A program made the translations under genes and the position numbers. DNA of 64,000 bases from an uncultured Chloroflexia bacterium (GTDB taxonomy: Bacteria; Chloroflexota; Limnocylindria; Limnocylindrales; CSP1-4): the NCBI GenBank assembly GCA_963707215.1, contig CAVPPB010000003.1, positions 1,344,001 to 1,408,000 of the forward strand. Reading direction: 5' to 3'. Below the pieces are notes generated by a model. It saw only the letters and a list, made by a program, of their open reading frames with translations, was not told the DNA's origin and searched no databases. Positions 60,135 through 64,000 of this stretch are shown here, piece after piece. Position 1 is the stretch's first letter, and every line of letters starts with the position of its first letter.

Positions 60135-60917
60135 ATGACCACCCGAACCACGGGCCGGGAGGCCCGCGACGGCTTCGCCCGGGCTGCCGACGCCTACGAG
60201 CGCGGTCGTCCCGGCTACCCATCGGCCCTGGTGCGTCGGCTCGTCGACCTGGTCGGGCCCCAGCCCCGGGCCCGGGTCCTCGAGCTCGGCGCCGGCACCG
60301 GCAAGCTCACCCGGCCCCTTTCCGACCACGGCCTCGAGATCGTGGCCGTCGAACCGGAGCCGGCGATGCGGGACCGCCTGGCCGACACGACCCCGGACGC
60401 CCGGATCCTCGGTGGCGTGGCGGAGGCGATCCCGCTGCCCGATGGCTCCGTGGATGGCGCGATCGCCGCCCAGGCCTTCCATTGGTTCCGCGCGGACGAA
60501 GCCCTGGTCGAGCTGCACCGCGTCATCCGTCCGGGCGGGCGACTGGCCCTCGTCTGGAACGTGCGTGACGTCGAGGTCCGCTGGATCCGGCGTCTCGGGC
60601 ACCTCGTCGAAGCCCTGGCGGGCGACGCACCGCGCTACCGTGCCGGCACCCGTCCGGCGGCCTTCCGGCGGACGCGCCTGTTCGGACCGGTCCGCCACGA
60701 GGTCTTCCGGCACGTCCAGGTCGTCGATCGGGACGGCATCCGGGACCGGGTCGCGTCGGTGTCCTACGTCGCGGCCGCTCCGGCCGCCGAGCGCGATGCC
60801 CTGCTCGCCGACGTGGACGCCCTGCTGGCCGGCGACCCGGCCACCCGGGGGCGGGACCGCTTCGAGCTGCCGTACGTCACCGACCTGTGGTGGGCGGACC
60901 GGATCGGGGCGACCTGA
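60135..60917 (+). CDS. Class I SAM-dependent methyltransferase
   Basis: YERGRPGYP, LELGAGTGK, AVEP, AQAFHWF and L.WN motifs. Confidence 0.92.
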   Translation: MTTRTTGREARDGFARAADAYERGRPGYPSALVRRLVDLVGPQPRARVLELGAGTGKLTRPLSDHGLEIVAVEPEPAMRDRLADTTPDARILGGVAEAIPLPDGSVDGAIAAQAFHWFRADEALVELHRVIRPGGRLALVWNVRDVEVRWIRRLGHLVEALAGDAPRYRAGTRPAAFRRTRLFGPVRHEVFRHVQVVDRDGIRDRVASVSYVAAAPAAERDALLADVDALLAGDPATRGRDRFELPYVTDLWWADRIGAT

Positions 60918-60967
60918 GCGGTCGGATGGCGATCGGTCGCGGCCCGGTCCGGTAGCATCCCGTCGCG

Positions 60968-62260
60968 ATGGAGCCCCAAGGCGGACGCATCCTGCAGGTC
61001 AACGTCTCGCCCGGCGGCGTGCCGAAGCTCCCCGTGGAGCGCGCCTGGGTCGATCGCTACGGCCTGGACGGCGACGGCCACAGCGAGCCCACCGTCCACG
61101 GCGGCCCGCACCGGGCGGTCGCCCTCTTCGCGATCGAGGCCATCCGGCGGGTCGCCGCCGAGGGCCATCCGATCGCCCCCGGGTCCTGCGGCGAGAACCT
61201 GACGACCGAGGGCGTCGAATGGTCGACCCTGCCCGTCGGTACCCGCTTCCGGGTCGGCGAGCGGCTGGTCCTGGAGCTCTCCGCCCCCGACAACCCCTGC
61301 TCCACCATCCGCGGCTCGTTCAGCGACGAGCGCTTCGCCCGGATCTCGATCCTGACGAACCCGGCCGACAGCCGGATGTATGCCCGCGTCGTCGAGGCCG
61401 GCGAGGTCCGGCCGGGCGACCCCATCGAGCTGCTGCCCGAGGCCCCGGACCCACGGGCCGCCGAGCTGGCCCTGCTGGCCCGACTCGACGCTGCCCATCG
61501 ACGGTCCAGCCTGGTCCGCTGGCTGGCGGCGGTCGAGGCGGGGGTCCCGCTCGCGATCGTCGACGATGGCGAGGTGGCGATGGCCGCCCTGCCCGGGTCG
61601 GTCGGGCCGTTCTTCAACCGAGGCCACGGGTTCGAGGGGCTGCCGAACCTGCTCGACCGAGCGGTCGCCTTCTTCGCGGCCGAAGGGGTGGACGGCTGGG
61701 TCGACCTCGAGCCCGACGGGCTGGCGGGACTCGACGGCGTCGAGCCGGTCGAGCGGATGACCGTGCTCGCGATCGAGCCCGACCGGATCGCGGCGAGCGC
61801 GGCAGGAGTGCCGTCGATCCCGGACCTGGCGATCCGCACGGTTGCCGCCGACGAGGGCGCGGCGTGGGCCGGTGTCCACCTCGCGGCCGGTGGCTTCCCC
61901 GCCGGCGCGGCGGAAGCCTGGGTCCGCTCCTCCGAGCGGCTGGCCGCGTCCGCGCCAGGCGACCTCTTCGTCGCCGAGCTCGTCGGCCGGATCGTCGCGG
62001 CGGGCTCGCTCCAGGTCCACAAGAAGGTCGGCTGGCTGCGGGCGACGGCGGTCCTCCCGGAGGTCCGCGGCCGGGGGATCCAGCGCGCCCTGATCGCGGC
62101 CCGCGCGGTCGCCGCCGCGGAGCGGGGCGCCACGCTGATCGGGTCGGCGGCTGTTCCCGGGTCGGCCTCCGAGAGGAACCTGCGGGCGATGGGCCTGGTC
62201 GCGATCGCCACTCGCGGCTCGTACACGTCGTCATCGCTCGCCCCGCTGGCCGCGGGCTGA
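60968..62260 (+). CDS. MOSC domain plus GNAT acetyltransferase fusion
   Basis: GGVPK, GD, HGG..RA, GENL, PC, YARV...G...GD; C-terminal V.PE.RGRG.QRAL...SERN..G. Confidence 0.82.
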   Translation: MEPQGGRILQVNVSPGGVPKLPVERAWVDRYGLDGDGHSEPTVHGGPHRAVALFAIEAIRRVAAEGHPIAPGSCGENLTTEGVEWSTLPVGTRFRVGERLVLELSAPDNPCSTIRGSFSDERFARISILTNPADSRMYARVVEAGEVRPGDPIELLPEAPDPRAAELALLARLDAAHRRSSLVRWLAAVEAGVPLAIVDDGEVAMAALPGSVGPFFNRGHGFEGLPNLLDRAVAFFAAEGVDGWVDLEPDGLAGLDGVEPVERMTVLAIEPDRIAASAAGVPSIPDLAIRTVAADEGAAWAGVHLAAGGFPAGAAEAWVRSSERLAASAPGDLFVAELVGRIVAAGSLQVHKKVGWLRATAVLPEVRGRGIQRALIAARAVAAAERGATLIGSAAVPGSASERNLRAMGLVAIATRGSYTSSSLAPLAAG

Positions 62261-62308
62261 GCCTCGTCCGCCGCCGGCCGACCGGACACCGTCGCCCGCC
62301 CGGCGAGC

Positions 62309-63109
62309 TCAGCCCCCGAGCAGCTCCCAGCGACAGCCCAGCGCCTCGACCGAAGGGCGAACGGCGCCGACCTCACCCACGGCCTCGCCATCGGGCCCAC
62401 CCGGCAGGACCCGCAGTCGGATCGTCGGTCGGTCGCCTGGCCCGGCCGCCGGCCTGAGCCGGATCGTCTGGCTCCCGACCGACGTGTCCCGGGCGCCACG
62501 GCCGGCCAACGAGGGTCGGTACTGGAGACCAAGGGTCCGAAGCTGGGCCATCGTCGCCACGTGGACGCTGGGGACCGGGATCCCCAGGACCTCGAGCCGG
62601 ACCGGCCCGCCGACCGGGTGCGCCTCGGCCGCACGGGTCGCGCGCTCGGCCGAGGTCCACTCGGCGGCCGATCCGTCGTGCTCGATGAGGAAGGCCGGCT
62701 CGGCCGGACCGAGCTCCGGCGGGGCGGCCAGCAGCCAGCGCACGACACGGCCGTCGGGCCGGCGTCGCTCGCCCGCGAGTGGCCCCTCGATCCCGGCTCC
62801 CCTTCCCCGCAGACGGGCGACGTCGGCGGACAGGTCGTCGCCGGCGAGCGCGTAGGTCGCCAGGCCGCCACCGCGCTCGAGGGCCCGGAGCGTCGGCCGC
62901 CCGACCCAGCTCGCGGCGGCCAGCCCGTCGTCGAAGACCCCGATCAGCTCCAGGTAGGCGTCACCCAGCCAGACCAGTCGGTTGAAGGTCCCCAGGGCCT
63001 CGTGGCGGCCGCCACCGCTCGACCGCAGCCCGACGGCGGCCTCCAGGTCCGCGGCCGCGGCGTCGGGATCGGAGCAGGCGATGACGAGATGGTCGATGCC
63101 GATCAGCAT
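62309..63109 (-). CDS. VOC family (Glyoxalase_3-like) protein
   Basis: IDHLVIA, GGRH..GT.N.L..YLEL and RPDG..VRW motifs. Confidence 0.85.
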   Translation of the reverse strand: MLIGIDHLVIACSDPDAAAADLEAAVGLRSSGGGRHEALGTFNRLVWLGDAYLELIGVFDDGLAAASWVGRPTLRALERGGGLATYALAGDDLSADVARLRGRGAGIEGPLAGERRRPDGRVVRWLLAAPPELGPAEPAFLIEHDGSAAEWTSAERATRAAEAHPVGGPVRLEVLGIPVPSVHVATMAQLRTLGLQYRPSLAGRGARDTSVGSQTIRLRPAAGPGDRPTIRLRVLPGGPDGEAVGEVGAVRPSVEALGCRWELLGG

Positions 63110-63151
63110 GGCCGGAGGGTAGCGCGCTCCCCGCTGTGCGACGATCGTGCC

Positions 63152-64000
63152 ATGCCCGGTCCGCGGATCCTTCCCGGCGACGACCCGGCCGCCATCGCCG
63201 AGGCGGCCGAGCGGATCCTGGCCGGCGAGCCGGTCGCCTTCCCGACCGAGACGGTCTACGGCCTTGGCGCGAGCGCCCTCGACCCGGTCGCCGTCGCCCG
63301 GGTCTTCGAGATCAAGGGACGGCCACGCTTCGACCCCCTCATCGTCCATCTCGCCGATCCCATGGAGCTCGCCCGGCACGTCGTGGCGGCCGATGCCGCC
63401 GATCCACGGGTCGGCCGGCTCATCGAGCGGTACTGGCCGGGTCCGCTCACCCTCGTCCTCCGGAAGCGCGACACCATCCCGGGCATCGTGACCGCCGGCC
63501 TCGACACGGTGGCCATCCGGATGCCCGATCACCCGGTCGCCCTGGCCCTGCTGCGGGCGGCTGGAGTGCCGGTCGCGGCCCCGTCGGCCAACCCGTTCGG
63601 GCGGCTCAGTCCGACCCGGGCCGAGCACGTCGCCCGCCAGCTGGCCGACCGGATCGACCTCGTGCTCGACGGTGGTCCCAGCCGCATCGGCGTCGAGTCG
63701 ACGGTCATCCAGCTGGCCGACGGCCAGGCGCGGCTCCTCCGACCGGGCGGCCTCTCGATCGAGGAGGTCGAGGCGGTCATCGGGCCGGTCGAGGTCCCGC
63801 CCGAAGGCGAGGCGATCTCGCTCTCCCCAGGACGCGCCGGCTCGCACTACGCCCCCGGCCCGCGGCTGGTCCTGCTCGCGCCCGGCGAGCACGCTCGGGC
63901 CGGCGATGGGGAACGGCTCGGGCTCCTCGCGGCGGACGACGCCGGTCGCCGCGCCGCGGACGCGATGGGCGGCCCGTTCGCAGCCGTCGAGGTCCTGTCG
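63152..64000 (+). CDS. sua5: L-threonylcarbamoyladenylate synthase (Sua5/TsaC), truncated by the window end
   Basis: VAFPTETVYGLGA, KGRP..PLIVH, WPGPLT, AAPSAN..SPT and GVESTV motifs. Confidence 0.93.
   Translation, partial: MPGPRILPGDDPAAIAEAAERILAGEPVAFPTETVYGLGASALDPVAVARVFEIKGRPRFDPLIVHLADPMELARHVVAADAADPRVGRLIERYWPGPLTLVLRKRDTIPGIVTAGLDTVAIRMPDHPVALALLRAAGVPVAAPSANPFGRLSPTRAEHVARQLADRIDLVLDGGPSRIGVESTVIQLADGQARLLRPGGLSIEEVEAVIGPVEVPPEGEAISLSPGRAGSHYAPGPRLVLLAPGEHARAGDGERLGLLAADDAGRRAADAMGGPFAAVEVLS

Overview
High-GC bacterial chromosomal window with about 55 genes and no rRNA, tRNA, CRISPR array, integrase or transposase that I could recognise. Gene content (UPF0182, GuaB3-GuaA, double zinc-ribbon membrane protein, R3H-AAA, c-di-AMP receptor, TldD/PmbA, PdxS/T) suggests Chloroflexota, which is an inference. 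Two accessory modules stand out. (1) 31.1-48.3 kb: five paralogous polytopic membrane proteins with variable N-termini and a near-constant C-terminus that stops after what looks like the first third of a GAF domain. They sit upstream of a soluble PP2C/SpoIIE-HATPase protein that appears to begin with the rest of a GAF domain, followed by two STAS proteins. Six copies of a CGTAACG-N4-heptamer promoter motif and a divergent SARP/STAND regulator accompany the region. This is a candidate split-GAF, interchangeable-sensor signalling regulon. (2) 15.7-21.1 kb: a membrane protein, a solute-binding/vWA protein, a PspA/ESCRT-III-like protein and a classic-clade AAA ATPase in one operon. Many genes have a TANNNT -10 box 6-9 nt before the start codon, which suggests leaderless mRNAs. 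Clustered single-base indels break several housekeeping genes and are most likely assembly errors. All calls come from reading motifs by eye, with no database searches.
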